This document shows, in pieces, positions 48,392 through 56,569 of a stretch of 64,000 nucleotides of DNA; the stretch's first letter is position 1, and each line of letters opens with the position of its first letter. The stretch lies in sequence record OR062946.1; one strand, 5' to 3'. The position numbers and the translations under genes are program-made. The notes below the pieces were generated by a model that searched no databases, had not been told where the DNA came from, and saw only the letters and a list, made by a program, of their open reading frames with translations. The DNA is from Escherichia phage 310Ecol104PP.

Positions 48392-48847
48392 TTAAAAGAG
48401 GTTGTTCATTATTCGGTAAAGTGAAGGACCCATCACATATTGCCACTGAGTGCGAGGAATAAGAGCAAAAGCATCCATCTCTGGAATCATAACGCCATCT
48501 TTATTTTCAAAATAAGACTCGCAATGGCAATTTCTGAACATCTCATGCTCTACTGGAATCGTATAATAAAACAACTGTAGGTCTTTATTACTAGAATATT
48601 TAAATACACCTAGGTCTTCTAGAAGGTCTGGATTATAATTGCTAAAACCGGTCTCTTCTAAGCATTCTCTTCGTGCTGCATCTAATGCGCTTAAATCAGA
48701 ATTTTCTACACGGCCCTTTGGAATATCCCAACGATGTGCCATCATTCCAGGCTTACGAGAACCAGTAACCCGACCCATAAATAAATCTTTATCTTCTGTC
48801 ATAAAAATAATACCAGCTGATAATGTTTTCATTTTAATTTCCTGCAT
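48392..48847 (-). CDS. nudE: Nudix hydrolase NudE
   Basis: 151 aa; Nudix box GRVENSDLSALDAARRECLEETG. Confidence 0.85.
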   Translation of the reverse strand: MQEIKMKTLSAGIIFMTEDKDLFMGRVTGSRKPGMMAHRWDIPKGRVENSDLSALDAARRECLEETGFSNYNPDLLEDLGVFKYSSNKDLQLFYYTIPVEHEMFRNCHCESYFENKDGVMIPEMDAFALIPRTQWQYVMGPSLYRIMNNLF

Positions 48848-49332
48848 TCAGTGATAAAGTTATTTAAATTTTGAGTATATTTCTTTTCATCAAAAATCTT
48901 TTGCTGCCTACGTAACCGCCATGGCATTTCAATGAACACGCACCATATTCCTGATAGTACTGCTGCTGTAAAAATATTAACAAGTATAATTAAAAGAATC
49001 CAATCTTCCGTTCTGCCTACTGGACTTTCTCCAAAGAAGCAAAATACAAATGATGTCACAGGAAGACTAATGATATACCACAGAAGAACCTTCTTATCTG
49101 TGAACCAATCAGCATTCGTTAACTTAGCGCGACCATTTTGAATACACACGAATTTATCATCTGTTACAGTAAATGGCTTAGCTGCTTGATATCCCATTCT
49201 AAACTCCCTAATTAATCGCTTCTTTGTATCTTCAGAACAACCATTCCAGTCAACTCTATCAACTGGAATGCCATCATCCCCATCATCTAAATCATACCAG
49301 CGAGTTTTTAAAATCATCTGATTTTCCTGCAA
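48829..49332 (-). CDS. membrane protein, 167 aa (paralog family, C-terminal CRK motif)
   Basis: two hydrophobic helices; C-term FITECRKLK. Confidence 0.5.
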   Translation of the reverse strand: MQENQMILKTRWYDLDDGDDGIPVDRVDWNGCSEDTKKRLIREFRMGYQAAKPFTVTDDKFVCIQNGRAKLTNADWFTDKKVLLWYIISLPVTSFVFCFFGESPVGRTEDWILLIILVNIFTAAVLSGIWCVFIEMPWRLRRQQKIFDEKKYTQNLNNFITECRKLK

Positions 49333-49676
49333 TCACTCACAAACTCTTTCATTGCTTCATTTTCAATATAAGAAATGTAGCTATTATATTCCTTTAATTG
49401 TATTTTGTAATCCTTTTTTCTTTGCCAATTTATTTTAAAATTATCATAATGAAAATATAAAATGATACCAAAGAATGAAAATAATGAAATAATTTTAGTA
49501 TAACAAAGCTCATTCCAAACTTCTGTTATATTTACTGTGCCGTCGATGTTTAAAATAAGACAGTCAATTAACAATCCAAAAAGACTACCCGCAAGAGCTG
49601 CAGCCAACGCCACAGCAAAAATTAAAAATGACTCAGAAAACGAATATTTGACTTTATTTAGTTTTGGCTTTTGCAT
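49314..49676 (-). CDS. membrane protein, 120 aa (paralog family)
   Basis: hydrophobic helices; C-term EFVSDCRKIR. Confidence 0.5.
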   Translation of the reverse strand: MQKPKLNKVKYSFSESFLIFAVALAAALAGSLFGLLIDCLILNIDGTVNITEVWNELCYTKIISLFSFFGIILYFHYDNFKINWQRKKDYKIQLKEYNSYISYIENEAMKEFVSDCRKIR

Positions 49677-50071
49677 CGTGATTCCTTAACAAATTTCATA
49701 ATTTCATTAAATTCATACTCAGCAAGTTTAAGCTGGTGTTCCTTTTTAATCTTTTTACACTGAGCTTTCCAATCGTGTACACGTTTACGATAATGTCTTC
49801 CTTGATACCAGTATCCTACCCAATTTACGGGTACTAATAAAAGTGGAACTACCAATGGAAGAATTAGCATTAACACAAGTATTTCGCCAGAATCAATATC
49901 AGTCATAACATCTAAAACACCTCCAATAATCAATAGAATTACAAATGATATAAGTATAACAGGACCTATTAATACATCAGTAGAAATTATCTGGTGCTTT
50001 GATTCATACTTCAAAGGTTTACTTGGAAGGTATAGTGATGGTTTTGACATATTCTCTACATTCCTTAACAA
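49658..50071 (-). CDS. membrane protein, 137 aa (paralog family)
   Basis: hydrophobic helices; C-term KFVKESRCKSQN. Confidence 0.5.
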   Translation of the reverse strand: MLRNVENMSKPSLYLPSKPLKYESKHQIISTDVLIGPVILISFVILLIIGGVLDVMTDIDSGEILVLMLILPLVVPLLLVPVNWVGYWYQGRHYRKRVHDWKAQCKKIKKEHQLKLAEYEFNEIMKFVKESRCKSQN

Positions 50072-50624
50072 ATTTTTCTAATAATAAATCGCTTTCAAAA
50101 TTGGGATTTTCCACGAATTTATCAAAAAGATCATCAACAATAGTTAAGATATTCTTTTTACTAAGAATACGTTTATTTTCATGCTTTGTTTCAGAATCAA
50201 CTATAAGAGTAAAGAAATATTTCTTTCCCTGAAATTTTACCGTAGTATCAATATAAAATAAATTTGACTTTTGTAAATTACGTTTAAACCATGCGTCACT
50301 TAAACTATAAACGCCAAGATAATCATAATCGTCGTTTAAATAACAAACCGTCCATTCAGGAGAAATGAAATCAGTAAATTCAACATCAAAATCACATGTC
50401 AATGAATGAATTGATTCAATACTTTTAATGAGTATTCCAGGACGTATTAAAGACTTTTTACCTTTATAAAATCCAGAAAGACTTTCATCAGTTTCATATG
50501 AAGACCCCCAATAGTAATTACGTCCTTCTGCCATGCGTTTAAGAGCATTTAGTAATTGGTCTGGAACATCAACCTGTCTTTGGAACTCTTCAAACATTGA
50601 ATTGAAATCACTTTGCATTTTCAT
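50019..50624 (-). CDS. hypothetical protein, 201 aa
   Basis: ORF track. Confidence 0.55.
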   Translation of the reverse strand: MKMQSDFNSMFEEFQRQVDVPDQLLNALKRMAEGRNYYWGSSYETDESLSGFYKGKKSLIRPGILIKSIESIHSLTCDFDVEFTDFISPEWTVCYLNDDYDYLGVYSLSDAWFKRNLQKSNLFYIDTTVKFQGKKYFFTLIVDSETKHENKRILSKKNILTIVDDLFDKFVENPNFESDLLLEKFVKECREYVKTITIPSK

Positions 50625-50635
50625 TCCTATTTACT

Positions 50636-50660
50636 CCAAGTAATAGGGGCCGAAGCCCCT
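50636..50660 (-). terminator. intrinsic terminator-like hairpin
   Basis: AGGGGC-CGAA-GCCCCT hairpin; weak U-tract. Confidence 0.45.
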
Positions 50661-50665
50661 TATCA

Positions 50666-51259
50666 TTATTTCAGAGAATTAATATATTCCTGGACATCGG
50701 CAGAGGTAGTTTCAACCCCGGAAATATTACCGTTAAAGGTTTCAACTCGAGCAAGGGTATCTTCAATATCAACCTTAGTCAGTGCTGCAATTTCAACTAC
50801 ATCATCGGCAGTACTAATTCCAAGGGCATTTGCCGCACGAGTTTCACGGATATATTCCAATTTAACTGCAAGTTCTTGACGAGCATCATCTAACTCAACT
50901 ACTTTCTTGGCGATTTCAATTCGCATTTCAGCATAACCGTCAGCTTTAGTAGTCAATTGCTCAGATGTTCGACGATATAGTAAACCGAGTTTAGCATGCA
51001 TTGTTACATCTTGACCTTCGGAAAGAAGTTTACGAATTTCACGCTCTTTTGATTCGGCCTGTCGATTCTTTTCGATAACAAGTTCACGAATACGTTTTTC
51101 TTCATTAATAGATTTAACAGAAGCAGTTTTTAGATCTTTAATTTTATCAAGTAGTTTTGCTGCTGCAACAGTATACTGTTCTTCAACAGATAGATTTTTA
51201 GCCATAGCAGAACCAAGTTTAGTGCGAATAAACTCAACAATTTTCTTCAGTGTGTTCAT
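50666..51259 (-). CDS. coiled-coil protein, 197 aa
   Basis: ORF track; heptad-rich, charged. Confidence 0.55.
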   Translation of the reverse strand: MNTLKKIVEFIRTKLGSAMAKNLSVEEQYTVAAAKLLDKIKDLKTASVKSINEEKRIRELVIEKNRQAESKEREIRKLLSEGQDVTMHAKLGLLYRRTSEQLTTKADGYAEMRIEIAKKVVELDDARQELAVKLEYIRETRAANALGISTADDVVEIAALTKVDIEDTLARVETFNGNISGVETTSADVQEYINSLK

Positions 51260-51302
51260 AGTATTTCCTTAGGTTGATTAAGATTTAAAATCTGTGGAAG
51301 AA

Positions 51303-51833
51303 TTATATCCCATTATTTGAGAGATGTAAACTATTTTTAATTTTACAAATTCGTTCAGCTTCATCGATAGCAGCATTAATAATGCTTTTAGCTATAGGAG
51401 TACTAATACTAGTAGCTTTTACACTTAACACGATTTCTTTATTTTTACCAGGCCAACCCCACGATTTTTCACCGTGAGTGCCTTTAATTACAGCAGACAC
51501 CTCAAGTGAGCATCCATTATCACATGTTTTTACATTAACAACCCAAGGGTCACTTTTCTCAATCGGTTTCTCAATCGGTTTATCCCAGTAAATATTAAGA
51601 ATACGTGGAACATCAAATTTGGCAGGACAAATCTTAACCGTAAGACCTTCGCTTTCTAGCCAATTAATAAGAGGGCGTTCATACAGGCGACGATGTGGGC
51701 TTGGGATTCGACAAGCCTTATGTCCGTTGCTTGCGGCTTCACTAAGCTGTTCTAATACCTGCTTTTGCATTATTGATAAAATACCATCAAAAGATCTTTC
51801 GGAAGTTTCATTCAGTTCAGTATAAAGAGACAT
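51303..51833 (-). CDS. hypothetical protein, 176 aa
   Basis: ORF track; contains KPIEKPIEK tandem repeat. Confidence 0.55.
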   Translation of the reverse strand: MSLYTELNETSERSFDGILSIMQKQVLEQLSEAASNGHKACRIPSPHRRLYERPLINWLESEGLTVKICPAKFDVPRILNIYWDKPIEKPIEKSDPWVVNVKTCDNGCSLEVSAVIKGTHGEKSWGWPGKNKEIVLSVKATSISTPIAKSIINAAIDEAERICKIKNSLHLSNNGI

Positions 51834-51895
51834 AACAGTTTCCTCATGTCGGTATAATTAGATAATATCACGTTTCTAATAGATAGATTGTATAC

Positions 51896-52234
51896 TTATT
51901 CTTCATCTGAATTCAGCGTAATAAAGTCATCGATGGCCTCTATAATAGCATCGTTAATAGCCAGTAAAATAAAATCGTCGTCAGTACCTTTATAAGATTC
52001 TGAAGCATTGATATATGCTTGATTGACGAGTTCCCAAGCCTTTTTAAAATAAGGAGCTTCATCATCAGGACAAATATCCCGCACACCTTCAAAGATACGA
52101 TTGGCATAATCTAACACCCATTGTACAGGCATGTTTTGAGAACGTTCGTTAAACTCTTTAAATTCCTTAGATTCAAAAAGCTCTTCAGGATAATAATTTC
52201 GATTACAAAAAGCTTTACTAAAGTTACGTTTCAT
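51896..52234 (-). CDS. hypothetical acidic protein, 112 aa
   Basis: ORF track. Confidence 0.5.
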   Translation of the reverse strand: MKRNFSKAFCNRNYYPEELFESKEFKEFNERSQNMPVQWVLDYANRIFEGVRDICPDDEAPYFKKAWELVNQAYINASESYKGTDDDFILLAINDAIIEAIDDFITLNSDEE

Positions 52235-52289
52235 AATGTTCTCCTCAAGTTACAGGCTCATAATATCTCAATCATGAGCCTGTGTAAAC

Positions 52290-52553
52290 TTATTTCATAT
52301 TATTGAAATATTCTTCTGCGATTTCGTCGTTATCATGGTAAACTTTAGAAGACAGTTTAACATAACCTTCTGCTGTGAACATGTTAATCACAACCTTTAC
52401 AGTATACCACTGACCGTCTTCATTACCCATTACTGCGTAAGTTTCAAACATCGGATGATCAGGACCGATAACTTTAATATCATTCACTGTACGACCGAAA
52501 TCTTCTGAAACACATTTCATAAAGAAGTTGAACAGTTCGCCGTAATTATCCAT
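52290..52553 (-). CDS. hypothetical protein, about 87 aa
   Basis: likely start ATG 52553 (MDNYGELFNFF); track ORF extends through promoter. Confidence 0.5.
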   Translation of the reverse strand: MDNYGELFNFFMKCVSEDFGRTVNDIKVIGPDHPMFETYAVMGNEDGQWYTVKVVINMFTAEGYVKLSSKVYHDNDEIAEEYFNNMK

Positions 52554-52596
52554 TTCGTTCTCCAAGTTGTTTTCTGTATCAGTAGTTGATAGTTGT

Positions 52597-52626
52597 ATAG
52601 TACCACGGAAAGACAAGGATGTAAAC
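52597..52626 (-). promoter_or_regulatory. T4-type early promoter
   Basis: GTTTAC, 18 nt, TACTAT. Confidence 0.55.
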
Positions 52627-52757
52627 TGTTTTGTGAAAATTTTTTAAAAAGTTTTGGGGAATTCTAGGGCAGGGAGGGGAAATCAAAGGATAGGATAATA
52701 TATTATAAAGGGTAGAAACTAAATGATGTCTAGAGAGGCCTGGAAAGGCCTAGATGC

Positions 52758-52785
52758 CAAAAAGCCCCAACCTTTTGGTTAGGGC
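52758..52785 (-). terminator. intrinsic terminator
   Basis: GCCCTAACC-AAAA-GGTTGGGGC then UUUUUGG on minus strand. Confidence 0.65.
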
Positions 52786-52793
52786 TAAGAATG

Positions 52794-53267
52794 TTATTTG
52801 ATTTGTTTAGCAGACCAAATGCGGTCTTTAATAATCTTTTGGATGTCTTCAACATACTCTAGGTCATGAGCATGTGGATTATCTTTGAAACTATAGGCAC
52901 GGGCTAACTTTTGGCCTTCGGTTTTGATTACTAAAAGCTCTTTAAGGATAGCTTCATATTTAGCGATAATTCCTTTAACAATATTTTTTTCTTGTGCAGC
53001 TTTATGATCTGCTTTAGGAGCAGGTTTACCCGAAGCCTTTGCAAAAGCAGCGCCAGTAGCAACTAAACTTTTCCAGGCCATACTAACTGCATTTCCCGTA
53101 AATCCTTCTGCTTTCATGTCGCGAGCAAACTGGAATCGTGATTCGTCAGAAGCATCTTTATAGGAATATTTACCCGCTGCAATGGCTGCTTTTGCGACAG
53201 CTTGAATTTCGGTGCTAGATGCTTCATTTAACACCGCTTCATTTAAAAATTGAGCATATGATTTCAT
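52794..53267 (-). CDS. CTS-like N-terminus protein (candidate internal protein), 157 aa
   Basis: N-term MKSYAQFLNEA (CTS-like); Ala/Lys-rich; own late promoter and flanking terminators. Confidence 0.6.
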   Translation of the reverse strand: MKSYAQFLNEAVLNEASSTEIQAVAKAAIAAGKYSYKDASDESRFQFARDMKAEGFTGNAVSMAWKSLVATGAAFAKASGKPAPKADHKAAQEKNIVKGIIAKYEAILKELLVIKTEGQKLARAYSFKDNPHAHDLEYVEDIQKIIKDRIWSAKQIK

Positions 53268-53306
53268 CTTATTTCCTGTTTTAATTCGTGATTTAATATA
53301 CTACTA

Positions 53307-53314
53307 TATTTATA
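53307..53314 (-). promoter_or_regulatory. T4 late promoter
   Basis: minus-strand TATAAATA about 40 nt upstream of ATG 53267. Confidence 0.55.
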
Positions 53315-53343
53315 CCAAAAAGCCCCAACCTTTCGGTCGGGGC
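53315..53343 (-). terminator. intrinsic terminator
   Basis: GCCCCGACC-GAAA-GGTTGGGGC then UUUUUGG; near-duplicate of 52758..52785 element. Confidence 0.65.
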
Positions 53344-53347
53344 TAAG

Positions 53348-53655
53348 CCTTGCGGCAACCTTGTCGGGGTTCCACCTGCTAAGGCAAGTGTTTGTACGAA
53401 ACGCCGGGATTCGAACCCGGTTATTAAGTAGTTGACGCTACTTAATATTTTTAAAAGGCCATATCTCGACCATATCCGAACGTTCCGTCAAAAACGCTAC
53501 TCGGCTTACGGCAAAGATATTTCCTCGAATCGATAATTCGGTGCGCCGTTTCTGCTGTGATGTAAGAGGGCATCAACAAATCATAAAGATTTATTAACAC
53601 GATTCCTTACCCAGGGAACATCAGTCCGACGACTTACCGGTAGCGACCCGGTTTC
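53348..53655 (-). ncRNA. structured non-coding region; candidate small stable RNAs (T4 species 1/2 analogues) including a tRNA-like element at about 53393..53487
   Basis: no ORF; T-arm CCGGG-TTCGAAT-CCCGG, 7-bp acceptor-like pairing CGGAACG/CGTTTCG, 8-bp stem with 6-nt loop instead of anticodon arm. Confidence 0.4.
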
Positions 53656-54006
53656 TTAATATTCTTTTAAAGCATCAATCTGTTCACGGCGTAAACGCCA
53701 TAAATCAATTGCTTCATACGCAGATTCAGCATTTCGAATTAGCCGACATTTATATAAAGACTTATGATTTTGATATTGTGTAGATAACGGAATTTTATCT
53801 AAAAGGTCTTTACGTTCAAAATATTCGTAACCATCTAAACCAAATGAACGATTTTTAAGAAATTGCCAATGTCCAAATTCGTTTTCAACATAAACATAAT
53901 CTGCATGCTGATAAAGTAAATTAATTACACGTTCAGAAATAACAGTATCATTATGATTAAAATAGAATGTTAAATCATGAACTACTAAATAAACATTACC
54001 TTTCAT
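53656..54006 (-). CDS. hypothetical protein, about 116 aa
   Basis: likely start ATG 54006 (MKGNVYLVVHDL) after GAGGA; track ORF extends into tRNA-Arg. Confidence 0.5.
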   Translation of the reverse strand: MKGNVYLVVHDLTFYFNHNDTVISERVINLLYQHADYVYVENEFGHWQFLKNRSFGLDGYEYFERKDLLDKIPLSTQYQNHKSLYKCRLIRNAESAYEAIDLWRLRREQIDALKEY

Positions 54007-54024
54007 ATTTTCCTCACTTATAAT

Positions 54025-54101
<77 letters not shown>

Positions 54102-54105
54102 TATT

Positions 54106-54180
54106 TGGCGGACGTGATAGGATTCGAACCTATAACCAATCGCTTAACAGGCGATCGCTCTGCCATTGAGCTACACATCC
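54106..54180 (-). tRNA. tRNA-Asn (anticodon GUU)
   Basis: manual fold: acceptor GGATGTG/CACGTCC, D-arm GCTC-AATGGCA-GAGC, anticodon loop CTGTTAA, T-loop TTCGAAT, CCA encoded. Confidence 0.8.
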
Positions 54181-54184
54181 AAAT

Positions 54185-54271
54185 TGGTGGGGAGTGATGG
54201 AGTCGAACCACCCGAGTCGCAATGACAATGGATTTACAGTCCACACCGCTACCTCTACGGGATAACTCCCC
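54185..54271 (-). tRNA. tRNA-Tyr-like (anticodon GUA), long variable arm
   Basis: perfect acceptor GGGGAGT/ACTCCCC, anticodon loop CTGTAAA, variable stem GTC/GAC, T-loop TTCGACT, CCA; D-arm irregular. Confidence 0.6.
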
Positions 54272-54280
54272 AAATTAATT

Positions 54281-54355
54281 TGGTGGCCCTGGGTGGAATT
54301 GAACCACCATCTGGCGATTATGAGTCGCTTGCTTGAACCTTCCAGCTACAGGGCC
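54281..54355 (-). tRNA. tRNA with CAU anticodon (Ile-lysidine or Met; T4 tRNA-Ile position)
   Basis: acceptor GGCCCTG/CAGGGCC, anticodon loop CTCATAA, T-loop TTCAATT, CCA; 1 nt after tRNA-Thr. Confidence 0.85.
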
Positions 54356-54356
54356 T

Positions 54357-54432
54357 TGGTGCTGATTGACGGAATCGAACCGCCGACCTTCTCATTACAA
54401 GTGAGTTGCTCTACCTACTGAGCTAAATCAGC
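54357..54432 (-). tRNA. tRNA-Thr (anticodon UGU)
   Basis: acceptor GCTGATT/AATCAGC, anticodon loop CTTGTAA, T-loop TTCGATT, CCA encoded. Confidence 0.9.
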
Positions 54433-54437
54433 AAAAC

Positions 54438-54527
54438 TGGCGGAGGCGATAGGATTTGAACCTATGAGTCGCCGGAGCGACTGCCGGTTTTCAAGACCGG
54501 TGCATTAAACCACTCTGCCACGCCTCC
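54438..54527 (-). tRNA. tRNA-Ser (anticodon UGA), long variable arm
   Basis: acceptor GGAGGCG/CGCCTCC, anticodon stem CCGGT/ACCGG loop CTTGAAA, T-loop TTCAAAT, CCA. Confidence 0.9.
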
Positions 54528-54529
54528 AG

Positions 54530-54603
54530 TCTCCATACAAGGATTTGAACCTTGGACCTCCTGATCCCAAATCAGGCGCTCTACCAAACTGAGCTACACG
54601 GAG
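54530..54603 (-). tRNA. tRNA-Pro (anticodon UGG), CCA not encoded
   Basis: anticodon loop TTTGGGA, T-loop TTCAAAT; 3' end abuts tRNA-Ser (dimeric precursor as in T4). Confidence 0.88.
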
Positions 54604-54613
54604 TAAATTAAAT

Positions 54614-54687
<74 letters not shown>

Positions 54688-54692
54688 AAATT

Positions 54693-54779
54693 TGGTGCGA
54701 GAAGTGGGACTCGAACCCACAAGGAAATCATTCCGCAGCATTTTAAGTGCTGTGCCTTTACCAATTTGACCATTCTCGC
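54693..54779 (-). tRNA. tRNA-Leu (anticodon UAA), long variable arm
   Basis: acceptor GCGAGAA/TTCTCGC, anticodon loop CTTAAAA, T-loop TTCGAGT, CCA. Confidence 0.9.
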
Positions 54780-54780
54780 G

Positions 54781-54853
54781 CTGGGAATAAAGGACTCGAA
54801 CCTTTGCATCCTGGAATCAAAATCCAGTGCCTTACCAACTTGGCTAATTCCCA
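54781..54853 (-). tRNA. tRNA-Gln (anticodon UUG), CCA not encoded
   Basis: 5' UGGGAAU, anticodon loop TTTTGAT, T-loop TTCGAGT; 3' end abuts tRNA-Leu (dimeric precursor). Confidence 0.9.
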
Positions 54854-54950
54854 ATTATTAACAAAGGCTCTCTAACAAGAACCCTTGATGATAGAGGGTA
54901 TTAATCAGTGCGGTATGAGTTAATAATAACAAATAATTCTTAAAGCATAT

Positions 54951-55244
54951 TTACCATTTATGATGATACATACTTACGATGCATTCAAGACCCAAAGGAT
55001 TCTTGAAAATATCATATTCAAGAGGACCTTTTTCTGTTTCAATAAAGAAATCAAAATTTACTGTATTAAATTTACGGTCTTCCTTTACTAATTTAACTTG
55101 AGAAGATGAACGATCAATGTAAACCTTTTCAACTTCAAAACACGTTAAAATGCCATAATCATCGATCAAGGCTTTAGCTGCATCTTGATCATATTTATAT
55201 CCATTTTCAATGGATGATACTTTAGCATAAAGAATCATTATCAA
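54951..55244 (-). CDS. hypothetical protein, 97 aa
   Basis: ORF track. Confidence 0.5.
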   Translation of the reverse strand: MIMILYAKVSSIENGYKYDQDAAKALIDDYGILTCFEVEKVYIDRSSSQVKLVKEDRKFNTVNFDFFIETEKGPLEYDIFKNPLGLECIVSMYHHKW

Positions 55245-55651
55245 CCTCTATCAACAATAGCATGAGTATGGGCATTTACGATTTGCCACCAGTCGAAACG
55301 ATTGGAACCATAATCTGGTTTATTTTCATTTTCTTTAATGATATCACGCAGCTTATCTTCTGTTTCAGCATACGCAATTAAATCATCATACCCACCACAA
55401 GGATAATAATTATCACCTGCGAATAAAAGAAAATTTACCTTAGATGGATTTACGTAATAATGGTCTTTAGGATATTTAGTTCCTCTCCAATCAGTTACTT
55501 CAACATAACGGTAAGAAAATCCATTTTTACTTTCAATCCAACTCCACGCTTCAAAAGGAGTATTAAAAACTTTATCAGGTATTAAATTACCTTCAAAATG
55601 AGAAGGATTTGCATAATCCCCGGCATAAACATAATATTCGTTAATACTCAT
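55241..55651 (-). CDS. hypothetical protein, 136 aa
   Basis: ORF track. Confidence 0.5.
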   Translation of the reverse strand: MSINEYYVYAGDYANPSHFEGNLIPDKVFNTPFEAWSWIESKNGFSYRYVEVTDWRGTKYPKDHYYVNPSKVNFLLFAGDNYYPCGGYDDLIAYAETEDKLRDIIKENENKPDYGSNRFDWWQIVNAHTHAIVDRG

Positions 55652-55837
55652 TTATTCACCTTTAGAAATTTTATCCATAACGATAGCGATTAAACCAATT
55701 AAAAATGCTACTACAAGTGAAAACACATTTTCTGCTGTAGTTAATAATCCGCATATAAATCCAGCAAACATTGAAAAACTAAAAGCGGAAGCAGAAATTG
55801 CAATAGCAACATTTCGAATTAATTCACAGCGTTTCAT
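55652..55837 (-). CDS. small membrane protein, about 61 aa
   Basis: likely start ATG 55837 (MKRCELIRNVAIAISASAFSF); track start extends through promoter. Confidence 0.45.
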   Translation of the reverse strand: MKRCELIRNVAIAISASAFSFSMFAGFICGLLTTAENVFSLVVAFLIGLIAIVMDKISKGE

Positions 55838-55865
55838 TTTATTCTCCTCAGTAGTTGATAGTGTA

Positions 55866-55895
55866 ATAGTATCACAACTAAAACCGCATGTAAAC
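55866..55895 (-). promoter_or_regulatory. T4-type early promoter
   Basis: GTTTAC, 18 nt, TACTAT. Confidence 0.55.
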
Positions 55896-55898
55896 AAT

Positions 55899-56123
55899 TT
55901 ATTCAACACCAGCGGCTTTCAAAAGTTTCTTAAGATTGGCAACACCTTGAGCAGAAAATGTGACCTTTCCACCTTTTTCACTGATAGAACCAACCAATTT
56001 AGCAAGTTTATCATTAGGAATTTTTTTAAAATCAGCCAATGTTCCATCAAAGGTTTTTGAAACAAAAGGCAGTTCATCTTCATGTCTTTTAGCTTCTACA
56101 ATAAATTTTTGATATGTTTTCAT
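55899..56123 (-). CDS. internal protein (CTS-bearing), about 74 aa, ipI-locus member
   Basis: start ATG 56123; N-term MKTYQKFIVEA. Confidence 0.65.
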   Translation of the reverse strand: MKTYQKFIVEAKRHEDELPFVSKTFDGTLADFKKIPNDKLAKLVGSISEKGGKVTFSAQGVANLKKLLKAAGVE

Positions 56124-56150
56124 TTTAGTTTCCATTTAGATGTTTTGTTT

Positions 56151-56180
56151 TGATAGGGTAATAATATCACTACCCCATCT
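56151..56180 (-). promoter_or_regulatory. T4-type early promoter
   Basis: GTTTAC, 18 nt, TATTAT. Confidence 0.55.
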
Positions 56181-56200
56181 AAAAGTAAACAGTTTATAAA

Positions 56201-56509
56201 CTATTTTATTCCGCGTGATGCAATTGTGTTCTGCCGTTTAACGCCAGTTTGTTTAAAGTCATGATTGTCGATTTGATCGGTACGAGCAACTCCGAATGAT
56301 GATTTGATTTTAGCCTTAGATCCTTTAGTTATAGAAATAAACATCTCGGAAGCCCCTTTCTTAAAGTCCGAGGCGATTACTTCAACGCCGTTCTTAGCAA
56401 GTGACTTCAGAATTGCCTCTGCATACTCATCGTCAAGACTCGTCTGAGTATTAATAACGAATGTCTTTGGCGCAGCCGCTTCATTGATAAATTCTTTAAA
56501 TGTTTTCAT
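56201..56509 (-). CDS. internal protein (CTS-bearing), 102 aa, ipI-locus member
   Basis: N-term MKTFKEFINEA. Confidence 0.65.
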   Translation of the reverse strand: MKTFKEFINEAAAPKTFVINTQTSLDDEYAEAILKSLAKNGVEVIASDFKKGASEMFISITKGSKAKIKSSFGVARTDQIDNHDFKQTGVKRQNTIASRGIK

Positions 56510-56539
56510 TTTATTTTCCTAATTAATTTTGATGAGATA

Positions 56540-56569
56540 ATAGTACCACAACCCTATTTAAAAGTAAAC
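56540..56569 (-). promoter_or_regulatory. T4-type early promoter
   Basis: GTTTAC, 18 nt, TACTAT. Confidence 0.55.

Noticed and set aside
50666-51259. Possible PspA/IM30-like identity of the 197-aa coiled-coil protein
   Set aside because: The similarity is compositional (charged heptads) only; no motif-level match could be made by eye.
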